Shown: positions 16,119 to 29,261 of the stretch, piece after piece
Position numbering within the stretch: the first letter of the stretch is position 1
Layout of the letters: every line of letters starts with the position of its first letter
Source of the DNA: the human T2T-CHM13v2.0 reference genome, Homo sapiens
NCBI RefSeq assembly: GCF_009914755.1
Contig: NC_060937.1
Direction: 5' to 3' (one strand)
DNA: 64,000 bases
Position numbers and translations under genes: made by a program
The notes under the pieces: generated by a model
Database searches by the model: none
What the model was told of the DNA's origin: nothing
Seen by the model: only the letters and a program-made list of their open reading frames with translations

Positions 16119-16613
16119 CAGTAGTCCCCTTATCCGCAATTTTGCTGTCTGAGGCTTCAGTTACCTTCAGTTACCTTCAGTCAAATATGGTCTGAAAATA
16201 TTAAATGGAAAAATTCCAGAAATAAACAATTCATAAGTTTTCTGTTGCATGCCATTCTGAGCAGCAGGATGAAATCTCTCACTGTCCCGCTCCTTCCTCC
16301 CCAGGACATGAGTCCTCCCTTTGCCCAGTGTCTCCACACTGTAGACATTCCCACTCATTAGTCACTTTCATAGCCACCTTGGTGATCAGGTTTACTGTCA
16401 CAGTGTCACAGTGCTTGTGTTCCAGTAACCCTTATTTAATTAATAATGGTCCCAAAACACAAAGGTACTGAGCCTAATGTATAAGTTAAACTTTATCATA
16501 GGTATGTATGTACAGGAAAAAAATAGTAAGTATAGGGTTTGGTACTATCTGCAGTTTCAGGCATCCACTGGGGGTCTTGGAATGTATCCTCTGAGAATAA
16601 GGGGGAACCACTG
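16119..16613 (+). mobile_element. MER44-type (TcMar-Tigger) non-autonomous DNA transposon
   Basis: TIRs CAGTAGTCCCCTTATCC / GAATAAGGGGGAACCACTG; TA duplication on both sides; internal AATGGAAAAATTCCAGAAATAAACAATTCATAAGTTTT. Confidence 0.88.
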
Positions 16614-16628
16614 TATAGTTAACACCTA

Positions 16629-16986
<358 letters not shown>

Positions 16987-17654
16987 ACTTGTGGAAGGTA
17001 AAGGAACAAGAGATGTGTTATCAGGTTATTTAAACATAAACCTATATAATAGTGTGTGTGGTTGAGGATTTTAGTACACAGCCATTTGTATAGTAAAAGT
17101 AAACATGTATCTATAAGGTTGAGGGTTGTTGGTTTAAGACAAGTTACTTAGGATTTTTTATTATATCTGCCATTATTCTTAACTAAATTATGAAAGGTAA
17201 TCAGAGGTGACTGTCAGGCATGATTCTGAGAGCCTCACATGCTTGAGCTAACTTAACCTTCATGCTGACTGCAAAGTATGTAGTTTACATGGTGTGACCC
17301 AGAAATATTTACTCATGACTCTCAGATTGTATGTTCTTTCTGTATTTTGCATTATAATATTATACTTCGTTTTAGTAATTTTTGTTGAAGTTGGCCCTAC
17401 TTAATAGAGAATCATCATAAATGGTAATTTGACTTATAGCAAACAATCTCCTGAGGGAATAGACCATCTTTTTATCTCCCTGTTTCTTGCTAATGAGTTG
17501 ATATTCTCAAGGAAAGGTTTTATAGCTGGATCCTGGCAGCTCGTACATGTAATTGTGGTGTCTGGGATCTCTGCCATTCCATGGCCAAAAGACTTGAACA
17601 AGCACTTAAGAATGAGTAGATCCAAATGGTCAGCAACATGTAAATCTGCTCAAC

Positions 17655-18230
17655 TTTTTATTAATAATTGGGAAAATGAAAATTAAAACCACAGCAGGGT
17701 ATTATCCATTCGCCAGAATGCCTACGATGAAAAAGACGGACAGTGCAAAGTGCTGGCAAGGATGTTGAGTGATGAGGGTATCGAGTAACAAGGAACATTG
17801 CTGGTGGGAGTTTAAATATGGAAAACAGTTTAAGTATTAAAATGAAGATACCAACACTCCATGACTCAGAGTCCACTCCTAGGTCTATAACCAGTAAAAA
17901 CACATGCTGCGTACCAGGAGACATGGACAAGAATGTTCACGGTAACATTATTTACAACAACTCCAAATTAGGAACAACCTGAATGTTCAACTATAGCATG
18001 AATAAGTCACTTGTGGTGTAGGCATAGAGTGGAGTGCAAGTCACAATCACAATTGATGATACACAGGGCAGATAGAACAACATGGATGAATCTCATGAAT
18101 CTAGTGTTAAGTTGAAAAAGCCAGACATGAAGGAATTCATATCATATGATTCCATTTGTATAAATTTCAAAAAGCAGATGAAATGAAAATACAGTGCTTA
18201 GGATTTCATGCTTAGGTGGTAAACCTTTTG
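17655..18230 (+). mobile_element. Old L1M 3' fragment
   Basis: GAAAATGAAAATTAAAACCACA...GTGCTGGCAAGGATGTTGAG...AACATGGATGAATCTCA...TATGATTCCATTTGTATAAATTTCAAAA. Confidence 0.75.
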
Positions 18231-20512
18231 GGTGGGGTGTGGGCATGTGTAATAATAAGGAAGGGTCCCCCATCATCTGTATGGCAGGATCCTGGAGCTG
18301 TTGCTTTTCTTACCCTCACCACACTTAGGCCCAAAGAGATCAAGGAAGGGAGAGGTTACTAGAACTTGGAAGGAGAGACCCCAGTCAAGTCAGCTGTCTT
18401 GGAGCAGTGCTTTTCTTTTGAGAGACGGTAAGCTTGAGGTTCCCTTACAGGAAGGAACCAGGGAAATGTACACTGTGACCTCAGGTTCCTCTTGGCCTAA
18501 ATCTCCCCTGAGGCTCCTGTTAGCAGGAAGCCAGGGGCCCATGAGCCTTTGCATAGAGTTTGGACCCACCAGCCTCTGGGACAGAGAACAGGCTAGGGAA
18601 GGGAAAAGAAGCAAATGGATTTTCTGGCATGCTGTACTTTTCTGTATATGTGTTACCTTTCCTATTTAAAAACTGCCTTATAGCTTGTGTAAAGTGCATG
18701 CTGTAGACACTAAGCACTAGTTCTCTTGGCTTCGTTTGTCCCCTTTTTTTCTTTGTAGCTTATTTAAATTTTTCCTGTCTTTAGACTGGGACTGGATAGC
18801 TGTGCAGGAGCCCAGCATGTGCCACTAACTGACCAGGTTGTCTTAACCATGTTAGCTCATTTCTCTGATGGTCACTCTCCCCAGGGGCAGTTGGGTGAGG
18901 CCTTCTGTGAGGGGTCATCCACTTCCGGCCTTGTGTGATTTGAAGGCATTCCTCTCCCCAACTCTTTGCATTGCAGAGAGTATTTTACCTTTGGTCTTCC
19001 TCTGAATTTCTGTAGGACTGTGGATAGGAGCCGGCAGGATAGGAGCTTGGAGGCTGCATGGAAGCCTGAATGCGTCCAGGATGCATTTCCTAAGTCCTCA
19101 TCCCAGGGAGGAAAACCAAGAATGTGTCTGCTGAAGTTTGGGCCTACTCTAAATGCAAAGCACTCAGTCCCCTGATGGGGTCACATTAGTTCCTGATCTT
19201 TGCCATCGCTGTTTTTTTTTTTTTTTTTAATTGTTCTTCAGTGTGTATGTTTTTTACCATATTTTAAATTTATTTTTAAGTCGACCTCTTGGAGACATTA
19301 TAATCAACCTTTAGAGGAAGACGTGTTGTTTTTTTCTTGGTAATAAAACTGCATTGATTTTGGTTACTCAGACAAGGTATTTACCAGAACTCTCCCTTGT
19401 ATGCTTATAAAATAAAACTAGTACTCCATTCAGTTGAATATTTGCAGCAATGTTATCTTCTTATTGCTAATACCATTTGTATGGGTAGACTTTATGAGAA
19501 GTTTATGACTTTCAGCTCATACAGCTTCTTGCGCTCAGCAAGCCACAGTCTAAAGAGAGTCTTAACTGAGAAGGGAAGGAAGGAGGCAGGCAGGACCACC
19601 CTGAGACCCACAGGCCAGCTGCCGCTGTGCTTCTTTGGAAAAAAGGTTCTCAGACTGTGTTGGCTTACATCTTTCTGCCTCTGGTGTAGGATTTGCTCTT
19701 CTAACATGAATGGAACATTTGATTTAGGATCAGTAATTACAGGTTTTAGAACTGGAGTTTGAAGTATCTGTGACACATCTCTCTTTGACAGTCATGTGGG
19801 TACTGATCCCTGATTGCACTTTCACCCCTTTTCTTCTTCTTGTTCTCGTTTTGTGTGTGCCTTGTGAACAAGGACCTGGCACGTGCGTCTTCAAACGTTT
19901 CAGCGCATCTAGAGTAGTGCTTCACCCAGCAGGCCCTCAGTTAACAGGCATATGGATTCGACTGGTGTTTGTGTTTTTCTGTAAGAAAGGTTATGCCATG
20001 TCTCAAAAAATGAATGGCTAATGTTTCTAGGTAGATACAATTACAAAGACGTACCAAATAAAATAATGAGACAAAAAGAAATAGGTAGATTGGGATTGGC
20101 TGTGTAGAGGTTTTAAGGTAAAAGTGGGCAAGTTAAAAAAGTTTCGTATCAGAGAAGTTAGTTGCAATTTATTGAATGTAGGAGTACTCACACAGTTTAT
20201 TTGAATATGAAATAGATCCAGATTTCTTATGTATGGTCTCCGGTTTTCCATACCGATTGATAGTTCAGGGCTGCTTTGACATAAATACTGTGCTTCTACT
20301 GCCACCTACAGATGATTAGTGGGTCTTGGAGCTCTTCACCTTTACCCCTTCTAAAGTCTCTTTGAAATTGAAATAATTTTTTTTAAAAGCTATTAATTGG
20401 TAGAATATTATAAAATATTTTAATGTTACTTTATGAATATTTCTATATTATATTACATAATACTATATAATATGTAGCTTTATATAATAGATATGAATGT
20501 ATTCCTCTAAAA

Positions 20513-20727
20513 CAAGGTGGCCAATCTTCTGGCTTCCCTTGGCCACATTGGGAGAACTGTCTTGGGCCACACATAAAATACACTAACACTAATGATAGCT
20601 GATGATCAAAAAAAAAATCATGGAAAAAACTCATAATATTTTAAGAAAGTGTACTAATTTGTGTTGGACTGCATTCAAAGCTGTCCTGGGCCCATGTGGC
20701 CCATGGGCTGCAGGTTGGACAAGCTTA
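20513..20727 (+). mobile_element. MER30 (hAT-Charlie) element
   Basis: MER30-like body (GGGCCACACATAAAATACACTAACACTAATGATAGCTGATGA); perfect 8-bp TSD CTCTAAAA at 20505-20512 and 20728-20735. Confidence 0.9.
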
Positions 20728-20949
20728 CTCTAAAACATTTTGGCTTGTAGACCATTTCTGCCCTCTTTGGAAGCATCCTCTTTTTTAGGAAACAGTTTTT
20801 CTCTGTAGGACTATGTGTATTCCTGGGCTAGGGCCTTGAGAAGATTCCATTTTAACTCTTATTTGTATCTGATATTATACTAAGATATTAAACATAAATG
20901 TGGCCTTAGAACAAATTTGACATGTTAAATATATATATATATGTATTAG

Positions 20950-21600
20950 ACAATTTATCGTCTTAACCATGTTTAAATGTGCAGTTCAGTAGTGTTAAGT
21001 TCATTCACACTGCTGTGCAGCCAACCTCCAGGACATTTTCATCTTCCCAGACTGAAAGCCTGTACCCATCATACAGCAAATATCTCTTCAGTCCCTACTT
21101 TCAGTTCTTTTGGGTTATATCCCTGAAAGTGAAATTGCCGGATCGTGTGGTAATTCTGGTTTTAGTTTGTTGGGGAATGGCTGTATCGTTTTCCCCAGCA
21201 GCTGCACCAGCAACACAATGCCCAGTTTCTCCCTATCTTGGCTCGCAGGCACACCTCTCTCACACTCGCCCTTCCCTCCCCTCCCTCCCTTCCTTTCCTG
21301 TAGTAGCCATCCTCATGGGCATAAGGTGGTGTCTCATTGTGGTTTCATTTCCATTTCCGATGATGAGTGACTTCAAGAATCTTTTCATGGGCTTCTTGGC
21401 CATTTATATATATTTCTTCTTTAGAGAATTGCCTATTCAAGTTCTTTGCCCATTTGTTAATCTTTCTTGGTTGTTGAGCTGTAGGAGCTCTTTATGTAAT
21501 CTAGATGTTAATCCCTTATCAGATGATTTGCAAATATTTTTTCTCTTACTCCGTAGGGTGCCTCTTTTCTTTGTTGATTGTGTCCTTTGATGCAATTTTT
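20950..21600 (-). mobile_element. L1MB-like 3' fragment
   Basis: TTAACCATGTTTAAATGTGCAGTTCAGTAGTGTTAAG...GTAGCCATCCTCATGGGCATAAGGTGGTGTCTCATTGTGGTTT. Confidence 0.8.
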
Positions 21601-22064
21601 GGAGCATATTTTAGGCTTGCTCATTTATCATATTTTGATGATAAGGATGAATTTCATAGCTTTAGATTTCTAAATGGTGAGGGGAAGGGAGGGGAGGTTA
21701 TCCTGAGTAAAATCAATGAGTCCTTTTGGAACCTTTCCTCATGACTTAAGCCGAAGCAGTATTTTCCTGCAGTCCTCAGCACCTTTGCCTTGTCCAGGAG
21801 GATATAAGTAAGGAAGGAAGAAACTAGCTCTGTTCCAGAGTCTGCTCACTTCAGAGCCTTCCACTTGCTACTGCTGCTTTCTTATGCTCTGAAAGGTATC
21901 TGCCTTTATTATTATAGTCATTTGAAATTGAAAGAGTAACATTTATCTTTTTGTAGCATTCTTGGTCCCTGCTGTTCTGATTAATATTTTATCAGTGATA
22001 AAAAATACCAAAATATAGTGTGTTTGCTCATCAGATTTGCAAATTACAAAAACTAGGAGGATAT

Positions 22065-22495
22065 TTCAGTAATGGTGGAGGCTAAGCTTCTGTAACAAAC
22101 CGCTGACACAGTGGCTCAAAGAGCGCAGATGTTCATTTCACTTTTGTAACCACCCTGTGGGGTAGGCAGGCTCTGTACCGGTAAGTCGTCAAGGGCCTGG
22201 TCTGGTGGAGCACCTCTGCTTTCCTCAACATGTGCCTTCCAAGGAGGCTCCATGGCTTCTGCTTCCAGCTGGTGTGGAAGAAAGAAGGGGCATGCAGGAG
22301 GAGGGATTGCCTTTCCCCAGGTGCCTTCAAGGTTGCAGATGTCACTCCTGCTCCCAAACCATTGGCAAGAACTTGGTCACGTGGCCACACCTAATCACAG
22401 GGAGGCTGGGAGATGTAATCTTACCTGGGCAGTTGTGTCCCTGGAGATAAGGGAACAGTGGGTTTTCGGGGAGCTGCTAGCAGTCTTCTCAGAAG
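22065..22495 (-). mobile_element. MLT1 (J/K-like) MaLR solo LTR
   Basis: GGCTAAGCTTCTGTAACAAA...CATTGGCAAGAACTTGGTCACGTGGCCACACCTAATCACAGGGAGGCTGGGAGATGTAATC. Confidence 0.7.
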
Positions 22496-22574
22496 AACAA
22501 TAGCTCTAACACATTAGCTGCCTCAGCAAGCTGGAGTTTTGGGCTTTATAGTCAAAATATGAAACATAGAAGGA

Positions 22575-22880
22575 GGCCAGGCATGGTGGCTCTCACCTGT
22601 AATCTCGGCATTTTGGGAGGCCAAGGCAGGCAGATCGTTTGAGTCCTGGAGACCATCCTGGGCAACATAGCAAAACCTTGTGTTTACATAAAATACAAAA
22701 AATTAGCCAGGCGTGGTGGCATGTGCCTGTAGTCTCAGCTACCTAGGAGGCTGAGGTGGGAGGATCACCTGAGCCTGGAGGGCCGAGGCTGCAGTGAGCC
22801 ATGATCCTGTCACTGCACTCCATTCAGCCTGGGCTACAGAGTGAGACTCTGTCTCAAAAAAAAAAAAAAAAAAAAAAAAA
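22575..22880 (+). mobile_element. AluJ
   Basis: Full dimer with J-type GGAGGATCACCTGAGCCTGGAG and poly(A). Confidence 0.92.
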
Positions 22881-24057
22881 GAAACAAAAGGTAAAGAAGG
22901 TAAGAGAGAGAACATTAGGTCTTTCTCTTGAGTCTTAAAAATCAGCTGTAGAGGCACTGAATGATAGAGTTGTTTGGCTTGTGAAATGGCATCATGGAGT
23001 GACTGCCAGTTGACACTAATATGCCCCTAGATGCCATTTGTAGGATTACAGGGAAACAAGGATGTTGCTGGTGGTCCAGGTTGGCATCAGGATGGGGTGG
23101 AGATGGAGATTGGCCATGGGAGAAACAGGTGGAGAACAGGCATTGCTTACCCCAGAGAGAAGAAACTGGGGCAGAACTGTCTTCCACTGTTGAAAGGGCT
23201 GCCCAGTGAAAGAGGAGTTAAATAAGGGGGGAATGGCCTGTGGTGAATGAAGACCACGGGGACATGCTACGGGATATAGCTTTGGGCTTGGCATAAGGAG
23301 TAACTTTGCAGCACTCACTGTCTCAAGATGAGGTGATCTCCCTTGGGAGCTGCTGAATTTGACACTGAGGATACTCAGGCTGTGGCTGGGAGAGTGCGAG
23401 GCAGGGGTGTTGCAGGAAGTCCACTCATTGGTAGGTACCACAAATGGAGTGCCTATGAAATCCCTTTAAACCGTGAGCATTCTGTGGTTTAAATGAGCTA
23501 TATTCTGATTCTGTGCTCTTCTTTATTGTGAGATTCATAAGTAGGCTTAGAGAACTAGAGAAATTAATTGGAGTCCAGCCAAGGGACCGCATTTCCCAGG
23601 ATGTTCTGTGCAGCCTAGTACTGGTACAGCAGAACTTGTTCCAGGACATAATTCACTGCAATGTAGAGTTATTATTATATTTCTCAAATTCTGTAATACA
23701 AAGAGGTTTGATATTTTTTCTATATAATCTAAGTGATTGATTTTTTGCTTTCTTATAAGCAAGGGGTATTTTTAAATTTTGAAGTACGTACTTCCAGAAA
23801 GTCTTTATAAATACTTAAAGAGGAATAGAATGAGAAAATCCTGACACCATTAAGGTAAGAGCTAAATAATGAGTTGGTAGGGTGACATATTTGAAACATT
23901 TATAAAATAAAATATTCAAAATAAATTACATTTTTCATATTATTACTACGAATTCTTACAGAACTTCAATCTAGACTGTAAGCTTCCATGTTAAAGCTGT
24001 TTTCCCCTTTCTGAAATGAGCATGCTCAGCAGTTCAGTAGGCATTGCCTGCAGTAAC

Positions 24058-24076
24058 ACTGCACTAGATGGCAGTG
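24058..24076 (+). promoter_or_regulatory. Candidate CTCF binding site
   Basis: GCACTAGATGGCAGTG matches CCASYAGRKGGCRS at 13 of 14 positions. Confidence 0.5.
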
Positions 24077-25249
24077 TTACATAGAACTTGATAAAAGCTT
24101 TAACTCCTCTAAAATAAGTTATTAAATGGGGATCATATGGTGAAACATTTTTGTAATAAATAACAGAATGGTATTATACTTTATACAAACACCTTTAACA
24201 GTTTGATACCCTGTGACTATTTCATAAAGGCGTGTGCTGTAGTTAGAATTAAAAACTGGTATTGTGTATGTGTGTTAATTTTTCCTAAACAACACAATAA
24301 AGTATTTTAAACACCACTGGTATAGCAATTGTGAAACTCCTATGATGTAAACCTAAGAATGATTTTTAGTTCTGATTATTCATGGGCTCAGCTCAGCACA
24401 GTTCCAAATTTTAACTACGTAAGGTGAGGCAACACACTACTTGGCCCTAATAGTAACATTAAAGAAAAAAATAATCATTATCTGAAAATTATTGAGCTAA
24501 TCAAAGAGAATTGTAAGCAGATATTTTTATCAAGGGCATATGGTAATATTGTTTGCCATTTTGTGTCTCTTTGAAGTCTTATATGAACCACAGACTGTTT
24601 TCACTAGAATGCACATGTATGTAAATGTTAATAAGAAAATAATTGGAATTTAGCAGAGGTGAATATTATGGTCACATTTATAGTCATCAGCTTTTGTCTT
24701 CCTAAATAATGCTCCTTAGCTAATTCTTGGGCACAGATCAAGTGTTAGATTTTAATTACTACTTTTTACATTTCTATATCAATGTCCAAGATTATAGTGG
24801 TATCAACAACAAGTAGAATATTTTCAAAACCCAGAAAGTAAGTAAGTAGGGAACGAGAGTTTGTACTTAGAAACATAGTTAGATAGAAATTGATGGTTGA
24901 TGGTGTGGACATGCACATGAGTTCTGAAGAAGAATAAAAATAAGGAACAGGAAGCTGAACTGTAAAAGATGATTTTCAGTACATTGCGTACTTTTATTAA
25001 CTTAGAAAATATGCTAATCTTTTATGGTAAATTATGGAGGAAGTCAATTTCAGTCATGTTTTAGGAGAAGAAAGAATTTCCAAAGTGAGGAAGAGAATAG
25101 CTTGACACTTCCTTGTATAAAGTAGCCACTTAGTAAATGTTTGGGTATTTATGCATGCATGAATGAATGAGAGAATTCTACCTCATATTTTACAAGAGCA
25201 ATCGGCTCTTTTCTGATTTCCCCAATCTTTTTGCATTCTCTTTTCCTCT

Positions 25250-25810
25250 TGTTAAATTATTTGTTGAGCACCTACTTTATGATAAGCCTTGTTCTGGGCT
25301 CTGAGGATCCTGCACTGATCAAAGCAGACAAAATCTTTGTCCTCATCGACTGTACATTGTAATTGAGGGTAAAAGACAGTAAACAAAATAAAAATTTGTA
25401 ATATATATATGCCAGATCATGATCTGTGTTGTACAAAACTAAATAAACTAGGGAAGGGAATGCCAGGGTGTGAGTGGGATTGCAGTTTTAATAATTCTAG
25501 TAAGGAAAAGCTTCAGAAATCAGGTAATATTTGAGCAAAGACCTGAAGGGGTCAAGGTGTGAGCTATGTGGAGATATTGGGGAAAGTATTCCAGATATCA
25601 GAGACTGCCAGTGCCAAGGCCCTCAGGTGGAGATGGGACCATCCCGTACGTGGACAGCTGGAGCAGAGTGATGGGGGGATGGGGTGTGGGAAGATAGCAG
25701 GAGATGAGGCCAGGGAGGTAAGAGTGGTCACTGTCCTGTCAGGCCATTGTACTAATTTTGGCCTTTAATCAGGGCATTCGGGAGCCATTGCATGATGCTT
25801 TGGGAGATGA
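25250..25810 (-). mobile_element. L2 3' fragment
   Basis: TTTGTTGAGCACCTACTTTATG...ATTTGAGCAAAGACCTGAAGG..GTGAGCTATGTGGAGATATTGGGGAAAG...GCCAAGGCCCTCAGGTGG. Confidence 0.75.
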
Positions 25811-26724
25811 AGTCATGTTGGCCTGTGCTATCTTTTCATTGTTTCCCATTCTTTTTTAAAAAAGCACTTAATCATTTTATACATACTTAGAGTTTTTAAA
25901 TTGTTTTTCACTTCTGCTTCTCAGGTTATCAAATTCTCCCTCAGGGTAGTCTGTTGTTTCTTAGAGTTTTAATTTTTTATTGTGAACTCATTTTCAGTGG
26001 TTTCATTTGCTCTTCGAGTCCCCATGTCCCCCAGCTCACAAAAGTATCTCTGTTGAGGGATTTTGTGTTTACTACTGCTGGGTCCTGAGGGGTTTTTGTT
26101 GCCTGGATTAGCTTTTATATTATTTTCTTACCTTAGAGCTCCCAGACCATTCAAGTGGGGGTAAATCTAGGCCACAAATTCAGGTATGATGTTGGCCTTA
26201 GATTTTAATTTTTTGTTAGGACTGTTTGATCTTTTTGTTTCCAAGGCTTTTAATGTAAGCTAACTTTCTTTGTTGTTTCAGCAGACTATAAATGGAATAT
26301 TTTTAGTCTTCTCTCTAAAAGACAGTGATCTTTGATGGTCTGGGCTCAGTCCCAGCTCTCTTTCCTTGAGCTGCTTAAGGTCACCTCTTTTAGCTCTACT
26401 AGACCTAAAAATCCCAGCCCTCAACTCCAGGGGCTTGTATCTAGGTCAAGTGCCTTGTGGGCCACTAAAGCAGCCCATATTTTAATTTCTATCTTTGTTT
26501 CTGATATCTGGGTTCATTAGAGAAATTTTTAAGCATGTATAAGAAAGGAGAGAACACTGTAATGAACCCCATGTTTCAACATCACCCACTTTCAACACTG
26601 ATCAACTCATGGCCACCTTGTTTTATCTATATCCTTAATCTTAAGCCATTCTCATGGGCCTGTGACAGACTCTCTTTGGCATATAAACCCAGGAGCAGGA
26701 ATGTAGGGTCATAGGATATATGAG

Positions 26725-27092
26725 TGTCTTAGTAAACTCGTGCTGTCATAGAGTGGGTGGCTTACACAGAAATTTATTTTCTCACAGTTTTGGAGGCTAG
26801 AAGTCCAAGATCAGGATGTTGGCATGGTCAAGTTCTGGTGAGGGCCTGCCGTCTTCCTGACTTGCAGATGGCCACCCTCTTGCTGTGTCCTTACATGGCT
26901 GAGAGAGCTCACTTTGGTCTCTCTTCCTCCTCTTACAAGGGCACTAATCTCATCATGGGGGCCCCACCCTCATGACCTCACCTAAACCTAATTGCCTCCC
27001 AAAGGTCCTACCTCCAAATACCACCACATTGGGGGCTAGTGCTTCAACATATGAATTTAGGGGTGGGGGGAGACAAAGTTCAGTGCACAGCA
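26725..27092 (-). mobile_element. MLT1A/A0 MaLR solo LTR
   Basis: TG...CA termini; AATTTATTTTCTCACAGTTTTGGAGGCTAGAAGTCCAAGATCAGG and CTTCAACATATGAATTT. Confidence 0.88.
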
Positions 27093-28580
27093 GCATGTAT
27101 ATTGTGTGTGTATGTGTACATTGTGAGTCTGTGTGTGTATCTGCTTTACTCTCTATTCCATTGGTCCGTGTGTCTGTTCATGCTCTAGTATTTTTAGCCA
27201 TTTTGTTTTTGTAGTATGTATTGATATCTAGTAGAACAGGTTACTCTTTTTTTTTTTTTGGTTCATCTTTTCAAGATTAACCTAACTATTCTTCTGTATA
27301 AATTTTAGAGTAAGTTAATCAGTTATCTTTAAAAATTCAGCTGGAATTTGAGATATTAATATTTTCTTTTATCTCTTCTATTAGTATACCTATTAATATA
27401 TTTTATAACTTGAGGTTCATCTTTTCTAAAAATGTTGCTTTCCTAGTTGGTAACATTATTCAGTTTGTTTCTTTTTTGTTGCGACTGTGTTCTAAGGTTG
27501 CCTAGTGATTTTGGCCTCTTAGCTCATGTTTCCCTGAAAGGTGTTAAACCACTTTGGCAGAGTCAGATTAGGTTAAGAGGGGCAGTGAGCACCCAGGATA
27601 GAGAATCCACAGCCACTGCAGGACCTTTGTGATCCACTCCTGTTTGGTGAGGTTCCAGAGGTGTCTTGGCTAGTGAGGGATTCATTTTTAAACTCTCAGA
27701 AATTAGCAGTATTGAGAGTAAGCGGTTTCTTTATATGGTAGTTTGCCTGTCCTGGGGGAAAGGAAAGATGTAGAGGAAGAAATGATTAAGGAAATGCTAT
27801 CTCTTGGTAGGTACCTACCTCTTAAGGTAGGTACCTTGCAGTGTGGCTGTTGATGAATTTAATGTTGATCTGATTATTAATACTTTGTGACAGTTTTGAT
27901 GAGGTGCTTTGGAGTGATGAATCCAAGCAGATTCATCCATTTGGGTTGTACACTTGGTGTGGGCCCTGTCAAACAGGTGATCCCTGTATTTCTCTTCTTG
28001 AATTTTTCCTGAATTATTTTGATCACCTCCTCTTCCATTTTTCTCAGTTCTTTCTGGAAATCCTATTACCTAGATGTTCAGTCTCCTGGACAGGTCCAGT
28101 TTTCATCTTTTTTTTTTTTTTTCCTGCTTTCTTTCTCTGTGTTTTTGCTCTCCTTGCTGGGAGGTTTCCTGGGTTCTACCTTGCAATTATTCTAATTAAT
28201 ATTTTAAAATAAATTTTTATTGAGGTATAAATGTATATATCTTGAGTCCAGAGCTCACAGACTTTTTACAAAGTGACACCTTCTAAGCACCATCCAGTTG
28301 AAGAACAGAATGTGACCCACTCCCTAAAAGGTCCACTTTTGCTACCTTACAGTTACTCCTTCCTCCCAGAAGTCTACACTGACTTTTAACACCCTGATCT
28401 AGTTTTGTCTGTTTTTAAACTTTACATAATAGAGATGTGGACTCTTCTGTATCTTGCTTATTTTTTTCAGTATTCTGTTTAGTTTCACCTGTGTTGCTGT
28501 ATGTACCTGTAGTTAATTTTTTTTCCATTATTGGTATAGTATTTTGGTGTGTGAATACCACCATCTATCCATTCTACTGC

Positions 28581-28868
28581 TTTTTTTTTTCTTGAGATAG
28601 GGTCTTGCTCTGTTGCCCAGGCTGGAGTGCAGTGGCATGATCACAGCAGCCTCGACCTCCTGGGCTCAAGTAATTCTCCTGCCTCAGCCTCCCCAGTAGC
28701 TGAGACTACAGATGCACTCCACCAGGACTGGCTAGTTTTTTTTATTTTTAGTAGAAACAAGGTCTTGCTATGTTGCCCAGGCAGGTCTTGAATTCATGAG
28801 CTCAAGTGATCCTCCTGCCTTGGCCTTCCAAAGTGTTAGGATTACAGGCATGAGGCACGTGCCTGGCC
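28581..28868 (-). mobile_element. AluJ within an old L1M fragment
   Basis: Full dimer with J-type CCTGGGCTCAAG. Confidence 0.9.
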
Positions 28869-28950
28869 TCATAATACTGTTAATGTTAATGGACATTGGG
28901 ATTGTTTATAATTTGGGAATAGTACAAATACTGTTATTATGAATATCCTT

Positions 28951-29261
28951 TTTCCTTTTCTTTTCTTTTTTTTTTTTTTGAGACAGGGTTTCACTGTTGC
29001 CCAGGCTGGAGTGTGGTGGCACGCAGTCATGGTTCACTGCAGCCTCAACTACCTGGCCTCAGGTGATCCTCCCACCTCAGCCTCCCAAGTAGCTGGGATT
29101 ACAGGTGCGCACCACCACTCCCAGCTAATTTTTGTATTCTTTGTAGAGATGAGGTTTCTCCATGTTGCCCCGGCTGGTCTCAAACTCCTGTGCTCAAGCA
29201 GTCCTCCCACCTCCACCTCCCAAAGTGCTGGGATTATAGATGTGAGCCACTGCATGCAGCT
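28951..29261 (-). mobile_element. AluJ
   Basis: Full dimer; degenerate TSD TGAATATCCTT / TGAATGTCTTT. Confidence 0.9.

Noticed and set aside
19397-19776. Overlapping 121-aa and 94-aa ORFs in unique DNA
   Set aside because: Non-ATG starts, no recognisable domain or splice context; consistent with chance.
20979-21590. 203-aa ORF, the longest outside the GPCRs
   Set aside because: GTG start and lies antisense to an L1MB fragment; hydrophobic composition follows from T-rich repeat DNA.
24049-24053. TGCAG as the CTCF upstream (ZF9-11) motif
   Set aside because: Spacing to the core looks shorter than the canonical arrangement, so only the core is claimed.
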